The notes under the pieces were generated by a model. That model did no database searches. It saw nothing but the letters and a program-made list of their open reading frames with translations, and had not been told where the DNA came from. DNA of 63,945 nt, filler included, from Octopus bimaculoides (Eukaryota), in NCBI RefSeq assembly GCF_001194135.2. It is 6 parts of 5 records of this genome, joined end to end, with 100 filler letters (N's around TTAATTAATTAA, not from the genome) between each part and the next. Parts side by side here need not be neighbours in the genome. Positions count along the whole stretch, not along the records: positions 1 to 18,553 come from NC_068988.1; 5 more parts are not named here. One strand, written 5' to 3'. This document shows positions 1 to 13,879 of the stretch, in pieces. Position numbers and translations under genes: made by a program. Numbering within the stretch: position 1 is the first letter of the stretch; each line of letters begins with the position of its first letter.

Positions 1-330
1 ATGAAAGATAAAATCAACCTCGTAAAGGCAGACGAAATGCGGATAAGCTTTTTGTCCAGAGCGGTTAGGATTCTACCAGCTTATCGCCTTAGCACTGCTT
101 AATAAATATCCATTTCTTTATTGCCCACAGGGGCTAAACATAGAGGGAACAAACAAGGACAGGCAAAGTCGATTACATCGATCCCAGTGCGTAACTGGTA
201 CTTATTTAATCGACCCCGAAAGGATGAAAGATAAAATCAACCTCGTAAAGGCAGACGAAATGCGGATAAGCTTTTTGTCCAGAGCGGTAACGATTCTGCC
301 AGCTCGTCGCCTTATCACTGCTTCATAAAT
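1..330 (-). mobile_element. SINE family A (tRNA-like head, Meta-domain-like core), two partial diverged tandem copies
   Basis: atgaaagataaaatcaacctcgtaaaggcagacgaaatgcggataagc recurs at 1 and 224. Core cgaccccgaaaggatgaaag is shared with many copies in the window. Confidence 0.8.
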
Positions 331-1342
331 ATCGCAATAGATTTTGTCTGGCACTTTACCGTTACTTTCATCCGGAGTTTCCATTATAACTTTGATTTTA
401 AAGCTAAAAGAAATATGTCAGTGTGATACGGCTGTTTCGACTACTACGAGGGAAGAAATGCAAAATCAAAGCCTGGCACTATTTGAATTCAGAACGAAGA
501 GTCTTAAAACGAAATGCTGTTTGGCATTTAAGCTCAATGTTGCACCATTTCTGCAACTCCAGAAATAATAGTAAATAGCGTTATTCATTGTGCAGGAATT
601 TGATCAAAACTATCCTCAAGGGAAACAACGTTATGAAAACACAATAACCCCAGAAAATCGTACACATTCGTGCGTATACATACATATGTACATACATATG
701 TGTATACATACATACGTACGTACACACGTACGTATAATACGCACATGCGTACGTGCGTATCTACGTATACAGGTACATACATGCATACGTACATACATAC
801 ATACACACACACGCATACATACATACATACATACATACATACGTACGTATATACGTGCGTACATATATATTCATAAATATACGTTCATATTTTGACTATG
901 TGTATCTCTGTCTGTATCTATCAATGTATGTATTTGTATTTAGTTATATATGTGTGTGTGTGTGTGTGTAAACTCACACACACACACATACATGGATGTG
1001 TGTATGTCTTTGTGTGCGCATGCGTGCTTGCCTGATTGCGTGCGTGCGTGTGTGCGTGTGTACTGGTGTGTGTCTTGCTGATCAAAGAGTAGGTAGGCTG
1101 GCTGAACTAGTCATATAGAGAACCTACCTGGACTGTAAATCAAAGCAATGTGAATAATTTATGAGTTCTGTTAGAAACGGATGTGTGATCTGAATTTGTC
1201 CATTTGGCTGCTCTCACCCCTTCCTCGGTTTTTTTGCCATCATCTACACCACCACCAAAACGACGCTCAACGTCACACGTATGTATATTTGCATACGTCT
1301 ATGTGTGTATGTGAGTAGGAACGTTTGAGTATAAACGATATT

Positions 1343-1377
<35 letters not shown>

Positions 1378-1506
1378 TCACTCACACAGGCACACACATT
1401 TAAATATATGTAATTACCGGATGTGTATATTAACGTATATATGTATCTATATTATATATATAAGTGTGTGTGATTGTATATAAGTATGTATGTATATTAT
1501 TATTAC

Positions 1507-1563
<57 letters not shown>

Positions 1564-1690
1564 CATCATGATCATTATTATTACTGTTGTTGTTGTTGTT
1601 ACTATCCATATATATATATATATATATATATACACGAACACATAACCGTATATATAACCTCTTACCCTTTCTCTCTTTGTTTCCCTTTCT

Positions 1691-1728
<38 letters not shown>

Positions 1729-1898
1729 ATTTCCCTTTCTGTCTGTCTGTCAGTCTCTCACTACATTATATATATATAGATATAGATATAGATATACGTT
1801 TACGCACACACCACACATATACATGCAAATATATATATATATATATATATACACCACACATATACCCACACATAGGCGCAAACGTGCACGTATATAAA

Positions 1899-1938
<40 letters not shown>

Positions 1939-2657
1939 TGGAGTAAGATAAAAGAGATGTATATTCATTCATAACACATTCGTACTAACACAAAAATCAA
2001 ACACAGATATACACATACGCGCATGTATATGCGTATGTGAGTGTATATGTTTGTAGTTTGTGTGTGTGTGCGCGCACGTGAATGTATGTGTGCATAAGTG
2101 CAGAATATTTATTTGCATATATGAACCAACGTGCCACCGTTTTTGTTACTACTAGTCTGCATGTACGCCTCCTTACGTATGTGTGCATGCAAATATGTAC
2201 GTCTTCATAAATTCATTATGTCTTGCAGCGGTGCCATCGCCTCGCTGCCAAAATAGTTCTATTTGCATTATAAATGTTTGTTATATTCAAAGTATTCTTG
2301 CTCATCTCGTAGGAGGTTTAGAGTGTCTGTTAATGAGTTACTTCCGCGGTTGGGTGGTGCCTTTTCATGGCACCTGGGACAACTAATGTGAAATTGAGTC
2401 ACAGGAGTCGGTTCAACTGCTTATTCGCATTGTAATATTTCTTTTGTTTTTTACAAGTAACAGGTAACTATTCTGAAACTGCAGCACACGCACAAACACA
2501 AATGCATACATACATGCATATATATACAGACACACACATACGCACGCACGTACGTACACACGCACACACACACATACCTACCTACCTACATACATACATA
2601 CATACATGCATACAGACATACAGACATACATACATACATACATACATACATACATAC

Positions 2658-3140
2658 AAAAGTGCCCTGGGATATGTAACACACTGCCTAAGTACCAATC
2701 TTGAGAAATTAGGTTTCTCAAAACCAGAAAGGAGAAAGCTAATTCGAAGACTACAGATCCAGTCCATCACTGGAACTGTAAAAATCTGTAACTCTTTCCA
2801 AAAGTTTATCATTTACATATGCGCATATCTAGACATGCAATATGCGCATGTGAATACATGCAGAAAACAAAACATACAGATCTCCAAATACTGCACACAT
2901 ACATACATTCGTACATACATACATATATACATACATTCGTACATACATACATNNNNNNNNNNAAACCAGAAAGGAGAAAGCTAATTCGAAGACTACAGAT
3001 CCAGTCCATCACTGGAACTGTAAAAATCTGTAACTCTTTCCAAAAGTTTATCATTTACATATGCGCATATCTAGACATGCAATATGCGCATGTGAATACA
3101 TGCAGAAAACAAAACATACAGATCTCCAAATACTGCACAC
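2658..3140 (+). mobile_element. R4/Dong-clade non-LTR retrotransposon 3' end (family 1); second copy after the 10-N gap is probably an assembly overlap
   Basis: Translates ALGYVTHCLSTNLEKLGFSKPERRKLIRRLQIQSITGTVKIC..FII-stop, like the C-terminus of RLE-type LINE ORFs. Homologous copy at 55.3 kb. Confidence 0.7.
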
Positions 3141-3299
3141 ATACATACATTCGTACATACATACATATATACATACATTCGTACATACATACATACATAC
3201 ATGCGTACGTAGATACATACATACATACATACATGCGTACGTAGATACATACATACATAAATACATACATACATACATACATACATACATACATACACA

Positions 3300-3420
3300 C
3301 ATACAACTCAAAGAAGACTGGTAGAATATTCCCATCAAAACTTGTCAAATGTAAGCATAACAGCCCGGATATTGTTCTTTGAAACAGAGGAGCGAAGAGA
3401 TTTGCCCACAAAATCTCTGG
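3300..3420 (+). mobile_element. R4/Dong-like restriction-like endonuclease fragment
   Basis: Frameshifted NIPIKT..KCKHNSPDIVL, matching the RLE H-N-R/K-P-D-I-V motif. Confidence 0.5.
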
Positions 3421-3614
3421 CTCCAATATCTTGGCGAGAACCTTGACCTGGAAGTTCGCTTCCCACATGCTAGACTGACGTATTTCTTTGGCTTTGAATT
3501 CGTGTGCTTCTTCTATTTTTATTATCCTAGATATCTTGATCATTTGTAGTGTATGAAGTAAGAAGTTTCATTCTCTCCCCAAGATCCCACTATTAGACAT
3601 ACTTCCCTCTTGGC

Positions 3615-4321
3615 GGTTTACTCTTTTGCTCTTTTACTTGTTTCAGTCATTTGACTGCGGACATGCTGGAGCACCACCTTTAGTCGAGCAAATCGACCCC
3701 AGGGCTTATTCTTTGTAAGCCTAGTACTTATTCTATCGGTGTCTTTTGCCGAACCGCTAGGTTACGGGGACGTAAACACACCAGCATCGGTTGTCAAGCG
3801 ATGTCGGGGGCGGGGACAAACACAGACAAACAAACGCACACACACACACACACATACACACGCATATATATATATATATATATATATANNNNNNNNNNNN
3901 NNNNNNNNNNNNNNNNNNNNNNNNNNNNNNNNNNNNNNNNNNNNNNNNNNNNNNNNNNNNNNNNNNNNNNNNNNNNNNNNNNNNNNNNNNNNNNNNNNNN
4001 NNNNNNNNNNNNNNNNNNNNNNNNNNNNNNNNNNNNNNNNNNNNNNNNNNNNNNNNNNNNNNNNNNNNNNNNNNNNNNNNNNNNNNNNNNNNNNNNNNNN
4101 NNNNNNNNNNNNNNNNNNNNNNNNNNNNNNNNNNNNNNNNNNNNNNNNNNNNNNNNNNNNNNNNNNNNNNNNNNNNNNNNNNNNNNNNNNNNNNNNNNNN
4201 NNNNNNNNNNNNNNNNNNNNNNNNATATATATACATATATACGACGGAATTCTTTTAGATTCCAGCATCGGTTGTCAAGCGATTTGGGGGGGGACAAACA
4301 CAGACACACGAACATATACAT

Positions 4322-4375
<54 letters not shown>

Positions 4376-4535
4376 GATGGGCTTCTTTCAGTATCCATCA
4401 ACCAAATCCACTCACAAGGCTTTGGTCGGCCCGAGGCTATAGTAGAAGACACTTGCCCAAGGTGCCACGCAGTGGGACTGAACCCGGAACCATGTGGTTG
4501 GTAAGCAAGCTACTTACCACATAGCCACTCCTGCG
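3615..4535 (-). mobile_element. SINE family B (head ggcgcaggagtggctgtgtggtaag, internal microsatellite), spanning a gap
   Basis: Reverse complement of the head (4370-4535) and tail (3615-3830) shared with the copy at 22505-23185. Confidence 0.8.
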
Positions 4536-5091
4536 CCTTTCTCCAGTGAAACACGTATGAAACCAAATGTGTACCTTGGATGCTGGGATTTACAAACTCT
4601 TTATCAGTGGTCCATAGATGTCATATGTATATTCGTACATACATACGTACGAACGGACAGCTGGTTGGCTGGCTGGCTGGCTGGATGGATGGATGGATGG
4701 ATGGATGGCCGGCTGGATGGATGGATGGATGGATGGATGGATGGATGGATGGATGGATGGATAAAAAATTTCATCTGTTTGACGGCAAAAGTATTGGTTT
4801 CAAATTTGGGCACAGTTTGAGAAAGGGGACCCCAGTGTTCAATTGGTACTTATTTTACCGATCCCGAAAGGATGAAAGGTGAAACTGACCTCGGTGGAAT
4901 TTGACAGCATCAATATTGATCATTCAATTCAAATGTCATTAACAAGAACTCTACACACCTGGTAGGTGTGCATTCTTAGGGTATGTAACCGGCTATATGA
5001 TTGACGTCCTATCTTTGAGATGGATTGTTTCTCATCCGTTCCATGTCACGAAACTCGAGCTTAGCAACAATTCTATGAAATCGTCGCAGAC

Positions 5092-5126
<35 letters not shown>

Positions 5127-5554
5127 NNNNNNNNNNNNNNNNNNNNNNNNNNNNNNNNNNNNNNNNNNNNNNNNNNNNNNNNNNNNNNNNNNNNNNNNNN
5201 NNNNNNNNNNNNNNNNNNNNNNNNNNNNNNNNNNNNNNNNNNNNNNNNNNNNNNNNNNNNNNNNNNNNNNNNNNNNNNNNNNNNNNNNNNNNNNNNNNNN
5301 NNNNNNNNNNNNNNNNNNNNNNNNNNNNNNNNNNNNNNNNNNNNNNNNNNNNNNNNNNNNNNNNNNNNNNNNNNNNNNNNNNNNNNNNNNNNNNNNNGGT
5401 GGTGGTGGTTTGTGTTGATGGTATTAGCGACGCTTGTGGCGGTAGTAGTGAAGATGGTACCGATGGTAATGATACTTTGATGATGAAGTTAATGATGTTC
5501 AAGATGTTGATAATGTTACTGATGATAATGTGATTACACTGACGATGACAGTGA

Positions 5555-5622
<68 letters not shown>

Positions 5623-5916
5623 TTGGTGATGCTGGTGGTGGTCGTGATGATAATGATAACAAGGATGATGACGTTATTCTTGAGGATGGATTAGGTTACA
5701 CTCAATACCATGCTTGGGTGACTGGTGATGGACTTTTTTGTCTTTTTTGTTTTATTTTATTTTTAGTTTTGTTTTGTTTTTATTTCCATTTTATATTTTG
5801 TCCTTTTAAAAACATCTTTTGTTGAGGATCTGGCTAAGAAAGCGTGAAATAATACATAAAACAAACAAAGGATTAATGACAACAACAACAACAACAACAA
5901 CGACAACAGTAACAGC

Positions 5917-5975
<59 letters not shown>

Positions 5976-6256
5976 CGGTGGTGGTAGCGATGACGATGAA
6001 AATGAGGTTGATAAAAGAAAACGCAGAAAGAAACCCCGCCTTCACTCTGCTCCTGTCTCATTTTCGCGAACCCATTCTGTTTATTTCCGCCCTGTCAGAT
6101 GTGTAACCGCAACCCGTCTATTTCGTGCCAAACTCCCTGCTCCTCACCTTTACTGTGCCGCCATTTTGCTGTCAGTCTAACATTGAGCCTGTCCAAGAGG
6201 ACCCCCTTCTTTCTCTATTTTCCCTTTTCTTTCTCTCTACATAACTCCTCTCTCAC

Positions 6257-6293
<37 letters not shown>

Positions 6294-6629
6294 GAATGTA
6301 GAATGGATGAGACATGCTTACGATAAATATTTTAGGCAATGATGGACGTCAGAGAGAAGAGATGCGAAACCGCAGCTCGGTTTCAGTTCTCGGTCGGAGT
6401 TAGTTTGCTCACGCTGAATGTTAATAAATATAATGTTACAGACATTGTCATTTAAGCGAAGGGATGTAAACAAAAACAATATATCTACTATTGGCAGTTA
6501 CATAATAGTGTATAGTCGAATATATATGACATTTCCGTTTCAACCAGTTTCACCGCCACAGCCTGTACCAACACCACCATTATAATCAAAACGACAGACT
6601 AACAATAGAAAGTAATAGAAAAGAAGGAC

Positions 6630-6900
6630 TGTATTATTTTATTCTTGTACACGTTTCATTCATTTGATTGTGGCCATGCTGGAGCACAGCTTTAAAAAGT
6701 TTTAGTCGAAGAAATTGACCCCAGGACATATTCTTTGGAAGCCTAGTATTTATTCTACCAGTCTATTTTGCCGAACCGCTAAGTTACGGGAACGTAAACA
6801 TACCAACATCGGTTGTCAAGTGATTGGGGCGGGACAAACACAAATACAAAGACACACAGACACACATGAATATATACATACATATATATACGATAGACGT
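6630..6900 (-). mobile_element. SINE family B, 3' half
   Basis: catgctggagcac...gaaccgctaagttacggg...catcggttgtcaag, as in the other copies. Confidence 0.8.
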
Positions 6901-6907
6901 CTTTTAG

Positions 6908-7420
6908 TTTCTTATTTCTTTATTGCCCACAAGGGGCTAAACATAGAGGGGACAAACAAAGCAGACAAAGGGATTAAGTCGATTACATCAACCCCAGTGC
7001 GTAACTGGTACTTAATTTATTGAACCCGAAAGGATGAAAGGCAAAGTCGACCTCGGCGGAATTTGAACTCAGAACGTAACGGCAGACGGAATACCGTTAA
7101 GCATTTCGCCCGGCGTGCTAACGTTTCTGCCAGCTCACCGCCGTGAGGTTAGTTGACCGGTTTCCATGAGTAACTGAGATCACAACTTACCCCTAACAGG
7201 ACGCCGGTCCGTTGCAGTGTTCAAGACCCAGTAATTTTTTAGGGAAGGGGACATGTCGATTACATTGACCCTAGTACTTGTCAGGTACTTTATTTTATCG
7301 ACTCCGAAAGAATGAAAAGCAAAGTTGACTGTGGCAGGATTTGAACTCAGATCGTAAAGAGCCCGAAGAAATTCCACTGTGCATTTTGTCCGACTTACGA
7401 TTCTGCTAACTCGCAACCAT
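6908..7420 (-). mobile_element. SINE family A, two adjacent copies
   Basis: Full copy 6908-7142 ending cagctcaccgcc; second, more diverged copy to ~7420. Confidence 0.8.
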
Positions 7421-7856
7421 ATACGCGGAGTTATTGAAAAATTTTGAGCCTTGAAGCCTTGTACCTTCATCAGAAGTCTTTACCCTGTTTTGCTTTTTGA
7501 GGCTCAAGACTTTTAATACACCCCTCGTACATATGCTCACGCATACATACATGCATAGATATATATATAACATGCATGTATGTATGTTTTATATCCTTGT
7601 ATTTGCATATATAATTTAACGAAGCAGGGAGGGAAGAAAGTATTTGTATGACACACTACTATTATCCGAGACTTACCACTCTCAATCACGGCTCACGGTG
7701 AACTGCTTACCAACCTGAACTGCCAGCCGCTCACAGTTCTTTACTTATTTTACAATGAGACAGTCCACCTTTAGTCACTTGAGGGGTGGTCGGAATCCTT
7801 CCACAACAGTATGTATGTATGTATGTATGTATGTATGTATGTATGTATGTATGTGT

Positions 7857-8240
7857 GGAAGCGCAATGGCCCAATGGTTAGGGCAGCGGACTCGCGGTCA
7901 TAGGATCGCGGTTTCGATTCCCAGACCGGGCGTTGTGAGTGTTTATTGAGCGAAAACACCTAAAAGCTCCACGAGGCTCCCGCAGGGGAAGGTGGCGAAC
8001 CCTGCTGTACTCTTTCACCACAACTTTCTCTCACTCTTACTTCCTGTTTCTGTTGTGCCTGTAATTCAAAGGGTCAGCCTTGTCACACTGTCACGCTGAA
8101 TATCCCCGAGAACTACGTTAAGGGTACACGTGTCTGTGGAGTGCTCAGCCACTTGCACGTTAATTTCAAGAGCAGGCTGTTCCGTTGATCGGATCAACTG
8201 GAACCCTCAACGTCGTAAGCGACGGAGTGCCAACAACAAC
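7857..8240 (+). mobile_element. SINE family C (tRNA-derived head, CAA-repeat tail), apparently full length
   Basis: A box TGGCCCAATGG, B box GGTTTCGATTCCC, 3' end gtcgtaagcgacggagtgccaacaacaac. Inserted within (TATG)n. Confidence 0.85.
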
Positions 8241-9807
8241 ATGTATGTATGTATATTCTACTCTTTAGATTAATTGAAAATATTTATTAATTTATAGAAA
8301 GTATAACTGAAATATACGTCCCTTTTAAACGTGTATAATCAGAAGGCAAGACTATATTCAGTTCTTACTTTCTTCATATTTCGTTTTATGGTATTTGTCT
8401 TTTATAACTGTGTTGACTATTAATTGCTCTCTATCTCTCTCTCATGAACGGTTTATATTATGAAACGGAGCGTTGGTACTCTGCCATTCCATCATATATC
8501 ACGTTGTTGCAGCTTTTGACATTAATAGAAGAGGGTATTGGTTGATAATATCTTTTGTATTTCATTGGCTGCTTCTGGATTTAAAACTTTCGATTATTAG
8601 TGTCAGCATTTAGCGATACGATCTAAACGTGATAATCTAAATGTAATAGTCTGAATGTAATAATTGTATGTAAGATTTTGGCATATAGTTAGTAAAATCG
8701 ATTTTATAAATAAGACATCCGTTTTTGTAAGAGTGGTGTTGTTTTAAAGTATTTTTATTTGTTTTATCCATTTAGCTTTTCGCTTTAATATATTTTTAAT
8801 GTGTTACAAATAGCTTTATCTTTCAAGTGTGTATATAGCCTTTACGATAAAACATTTCTTAATGTATTTAATATAGCAATTGGATCCATAAACATATCTG
8901 TCGTGTTTGCAATTAAATTTCTAAATTACGTTGGTCATTTGAAGATATTTCTCAAACTAGCAAGCTAGCAATTTATTATTAATAAAGAAACTTTGGTTTT
9001 CTTCATATATTATATTATTCATGCCAGTTTATGTTTAGTATTGGAACATTCTGAGATATTTAAAATCTGTGTTCCAAAACCATATCTACACACTATACAG
9101 AGAGAAAAAGGATTTAGGTTCTAAGGATAGTGGAAGTATGACTGACTTAGTCGGCAGGCTCCTGGCGAACGATTGCCAAAGGTCTTAGGTACGTATCTAG
9201 TCACTGGTACTTCGTTGCACTTATGACTGCGAAACTGAAGTCAAAGAAGAATATATGAAGACCCAGATTGGCACTACAGGGCAGCCTGAATACATCACTT
9301 CTGTTAGCAACGTATTCCATATAAAATTGCAAACTCTGTTGCTAAGTCGTAGTACAATATTTAACTCTACTCGTGGAGAAAAGCTCATTTTTTTCTGAAA
9401 AAGATTTGAGTGCCAATGAGAAAGTCATTCCTGTGAGATATACGACGATTCAAAACCCAGTTGCACAAAAGGTTGCGCCAAAGCCGTGTACACGGCAAGG
9501 TATTTGAAGAGTGGAAAGGGAATAGAGATGTACGTTGAGTCTTATTTCTGGAGAAAACATCTGTTCTGTTATCCAATGTATCAGTGTGTTTCTCTAGACA
9601 AATAACTCACAGTTGTAAATCACTTGACTGCTCGTTCTTGTAGAAACAAAATTGTTGAAACTTTAAGACTTTTGACAACTGGTGAATTTTTATTCATTTT
9701 AGCTGGTGGGAACTGAAACCTTAAAATTTTATGTAAGGATCAACCATTTTAAACATTTTCATCATACAAAGATTAATAAAATAACCATCAATAATACACT
9801 GGGGTAG

Positions 9808-10020
9808 GGCGGTGAGCTGGCAGAATCGTCTGCAGGCTGAGCAAAATGCTTAGCAGCATTTCGTCCGTATTTACGTTCTGAGTTCAAATTCCATTCAGGT
9901 CGAGTTTGCCTTTTATCCTTTCGGGATCGATAAAATAAGTACCAGTTGAGTACTGAGGTCGATGTAATCGACTTAATCCTCTCCCCAAAGTTGCTGGCCT
10001 TGTGCCAGAAAACTGAAACT
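9808..10020 (+). mobile_element. SINE family A
   Basis: ggcggtgagctggcagaatcg...gagttcaaattcc...cctttcgggatcgataaaataagtaccag. Confidence 0.85.
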
Positions 10021-10894
10021 AATGATATACTAGGGTCGAGCTTAGAAACATATACAAGCCTACAAAAAAAAGTTATTTATACACATACACGTACATTATA
10101 CATATATAAACACATACACACTCATATATACAATCGTTCGTATTCATACACGTGCAAACTTAATACTGTAACACACACATACACACACACACGCACACAC
10201 ACACACACGCACACAATCAGTTATGTTGACGCATATAATAGACGCGTGCGTAATTTTTGCATAAATTCTTAAAATTCTTCATGTCATTATAATGGAAATG
10301 ATATCAAAGACAGCTAGTTTCCTTATTTCTAACGAAAAACTTCGCGGAATTCCTGCATTAAATGAGTCTGCATATCAGTCACGAACATTTTCTGTAAGAC
10401 TTCTTGCTGCGAAGTCTTCAAATCTTAAACCATTCCACTCTGTCTCTTAACAGACATGTTTTTTTTTTAAATACACAGCCGCATAGACATTCGAATGTAT
10501 ATTGACTTTTATATTTGTTACCTTTATAAGTTGTCGTCATTGTAGCTGCTCTCTTAGCGAACACCATAGAGATAAGCTTCTGATTAACGGTATCTGTAAT
10601 ATGCTTTCCAAGTATTTTTCATTTTACATCACTAATGCGCTTAGAAAAAGAATTAAGTCACACAATCTCATTTCCTCTTTTCTGAAAATGTGTAAGAATT
10701 TACGAAAGTCTCTTGATTAACTTATATATTGGTGAAGAAAATCGACTGAAAATATTGATAGAATGCCGGTCTAAAAGCTTTAGCGAATTTAGTTAGATTA
10801 CTTTCTCAGTTCGAACCCCACTGAAGTCCATTCTGCTGTTCGCCCTTCCGGGATCGTTGAAACAATATTATTCACACACACACACATACAGTCA

Positions 10895-11165
10895 CTCAAT
10901 AGGTTACGACGATGAATATTTCAATTGATCCGATCAACGGAACAGCCTGTTCGTGAAATTAACGTGCAAGCGGCTGAGCACTCGACAGACACGCATACTT
11001 TTCACGTAGTTCTCAGAGAGATTCAGCATGACACAGAATGTGACAAGGCTGGCCCTTTGAATTACAGGTACTACTCATTCATTTTTGCCAGGTGAGTGGA
11101 TTGGAGCAACGTGAAACAGAATGTCTTGCTCAACTGCACAACGCACTGCTAGTAATCCAACTCAC
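10895..11165 (-). mobile_element. SINE family C-related copy
   Basis: gatcaacggaacagcctgttcgtgaaattaacgtgcaag is the reverse complement of the 8150-8200 core. Confidence 0.75.
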
Positions 11166-11199
11166 GAACTTACAATCGTGGGACGAATATCCTATCCAC

Positions 11200-11236
<37 letters not shown>

Positions 11237-11873
11237 GACACACACTCACACACGTGTATATGTACTGGGATCGATTCAAATCGATGACTACTAATCATTT
11301 GTGGCTTTGTGCTAATGGGTAGACATATATACAGTATGTGTGAAAAAGATAGCTTCATTCGATTATTTTCAGAGATATTTTATTAAAATTAACGAGTTAG
11401 TAATATTTTGCAATAATTCTTTTATTCGTTTTACATATTAGTCGTTATTTTCATATTTGTTTCAGTGTTTTTGTGATTAAAATCTTGCGTAAGCAACTTC
11501 AGTCGATTTATTCAAATTTACGTTGGTCTCAACGAACATATTTAAAAGAATGAAAATTTAAAAAGCTCCTACAAACCAACATTGAAGAGGAAAACCAAAT
11601 GAAATATACGTGAAAGTATGAACAAAACATTTAGTAAAACAGATATAAGCTAATTTAGTTTTTAAAATGTTTTCTCATGTTACGTTGTTTTTCGATTTAG
11701 GTCGCATATGTCTTGGAACTAGTTACTGACGTAAGTTGAAGTACGCCTGCATTTATACTTTATCAAACTTACGTGTGAATCAGTTTCAGAATGTAAACAT
11801 GAAGACATACGGTGAAGCAATCCAGATTCGATTGATTCTTTTATATATGTCATTAGTGATACGTTAGTATTTG

Positions 11874-12434
11874 GGATCTATTTTAAAACGGGGGCCACAT
11901 TTTTCATTAATGTTTTGCGTAGTGTTTTTGGTACGGAAAGACTTTCAAACTTCGTATACTTATCTATTTTGTTATAGAACAGAAAAATATTTTTGTATTC
12001 GAATTTATTTCATGTAAAAAATTGTCTTATTTCGATAATTTCAACCAATCACTGACAAGTATTCAGTTGTTTACATTTATTCCTTTGGCTGATTAAGCGA
12101 TGTAAAGCGTATTTAATCTCCATACCTTCGTTTTATTTGCTTTTTTCATTTTAAATTTGCTTTAACCCTAACCCTAACCCTAACCCTAGGGTTAGGGTTA
12201 GGGTTAATTGTTTCAGAATCGTTTGTTTATGTAGTCGGCACTTAATGNNNNNNNNNNNNNNNNNNNNNNNNNNNNNNGGTTGAAATTACAGAAATACGAC
12301 AACTTTAACATGGAATAACTTTTTTTTAAGAAGACTAAGAGAAAAAGATGTTTTATATGACACATTCTACCAGTGTTCCAAGTTTCAAAGTGTTTCGTTA
12401 ATGAAAAATGTGGCCCCCGTTTTAAAAAAGATCC
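11874..12434. mobile_element. Non-autonomous DNA transposon (MITE) with 37-bp TIRs
   Basis: TIRs 11874-11910 and 12398-12434 match at 36/37. Possible 6-bp direct repeat GTATTT one base outside each end. Confidence 0.8.
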
Positions 12435-12466
12435 GGTATTTATTTTCGTAAAAATAAAAGGAAAAA

Positions 12467-12918
12467 GGCGGTGAGCTGACAGAATCGTTACCATTCCGGC
12501 AAAATGCATAACAGCATTTCGGCCGTCTTAACATTCTGAGTTCAAATTCCGCCAAGGTCGACTTTGTTTTCCATTTTTATTTTTCGGAGTCGATAAAATA
12601 AGTACCCGTTGAGCACTGGGATCGATGCAATCGACTTACACCATCCGAGATTGCTGGCCTTGTGCCAAAATTTGAAATCATTATTTTTATAAGGGAAAAG
12701 GCGGCGAGCTGACAGAAACGTTACCGTTCAGGGCAAAATACTAAGCGGCATTCCGTGTGTCTCTAGGTTCGGAGTTCAAATTCCGCCGAGGTCGACATTG
12801 CATGTTATCTTTTCGGAGTCGATCAAATAAATACCAGTTGAATACTGGAGTCGACGTAATCAACTTACACTACACCCTCCCACGAAATTACTGGCCTTGT
12901 GCCAAAATTTGAAGCCAA
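12467..12918 (+). mobile_element. SINE family A, two tandem copies
   Basis: Heads ggcggtgagctgacagaa at 12467 and ggcggcgagctgacagaa at 12700. Confidence 0.85.
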
Positions 12919-13223
12919 ATAGTCTCATAAGGAAAAATATAGGTTTTAGCAAGCCAAAAGGAATAAAACACTTATGATGAATGCGACCAAACTCTGAACG
13001 TTGATTGTTGAACTGTGAATATAAGTACTGAATAGCGCTATGCTACACTCCATGCTACAATAACACACACACACGTTACACACTGCTACATAGTGTACGT
13101 ATGTATATTGTTAATAACAATGATTTATGATGTCTTACAAAGGATTATGGTTAGATAAAACGCATAGGCGTTGGCGGCAAAACTTGAGCGCAATATACAT
13201 ATATATATACATATATATATATA

Positions 13224-13690
13224 TATTAGGTCGTGAAGTATGAAATTTGTAGTAAGGTAAACTTTGACAGTTACTCATTTTGCACCATTATTATATTTTG
13301 ACAATCTTTATTTTTTGTTAGAAAGCTGTCAGATCTATTTCTTTAGTCTAACTCTCTTTCGCTTTATAAAGTATTTATAAATCGTTTTTTTTTTGTTTTT
13401 GTTTTTTTTTTTTTTGCTATTTTTGTTTAGAGATCGATAAGTCGGAAATTCGTACAATTTTGAAATACGAGTTCTTTCTTGGAAATACAACATCATGGAC
13501 AGCTCGGAATATTAATGGGGGATTTCATTCTAATGTTATTACACAGAGGACAGTATCAGATTAGTTTGCAAAATTCCGTTCTGGTAACTTTGACCTTACA
13601 AATGTGCAGCGCGGTCGACCAGAAACAAAGGTGGATAATGACGAACTGAAAGCTACCGTCCAGTCAGATCCATCTCAAAGTGCCCGTGAA
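13224..13690 (+). mobile_element. Mariner transposon 5' part (decayed transposase N-terminus)
   Basis: DKSEIRTILKYEF...ARNIN...QRTV..*FAKFRSGNFDL...RGRPETKVDNDELKATVQSDPSQSAREL. Begins right after a (TA)n run. Confidence 0.85.
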
Positions 13691-13879
13691 CTATTATTTC
13701 GGTGTCTGTAATTCTCTTTTACAAGGCTTCCGAGGCATATTGGAGAGAGAGGGAGAACGGTATCCTCAAACTGGAGACTCCGACCTGGCTGCTTGCAACA
13801 GAAGGAGCTTCGTTAAAGGCACCTAAGGATCAGGAGGTATTGTGAAACCGGATGACAAATCCTGAAACAGCTAGACCAC

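Noticed and set aside
2677-3200. Exact direct duplication around a 10-N gap (also 48655-48790)
   Set aside because: Identical sequence on both sides of a minimal gap indicates uncollapsed contig overlap.
585-3338. Many ORFs such as MYVCMYVC / HTYIHTYI, and all poly-I/N/Y/X ORFs in the track
   Set aside because: Translations of (CATA)n, (CA)n, (TA)n and (AAT)n microsatellites or N gaps; not genes.
7440-7480. Minus-strand CTGATGAAGG
   Set aside because: No downstream GAAA core or stem III.
7857-7930. tRNA-like sequence
   Set aside because: Continues into a SINE body present elsewhere in the window; not a tRNA gene.
12162-12206. Chromosome fusion scar
   Set aside because: Polarity is (CCCTAA)n(TTAGGG)n and the tract lies inside a TIR element.
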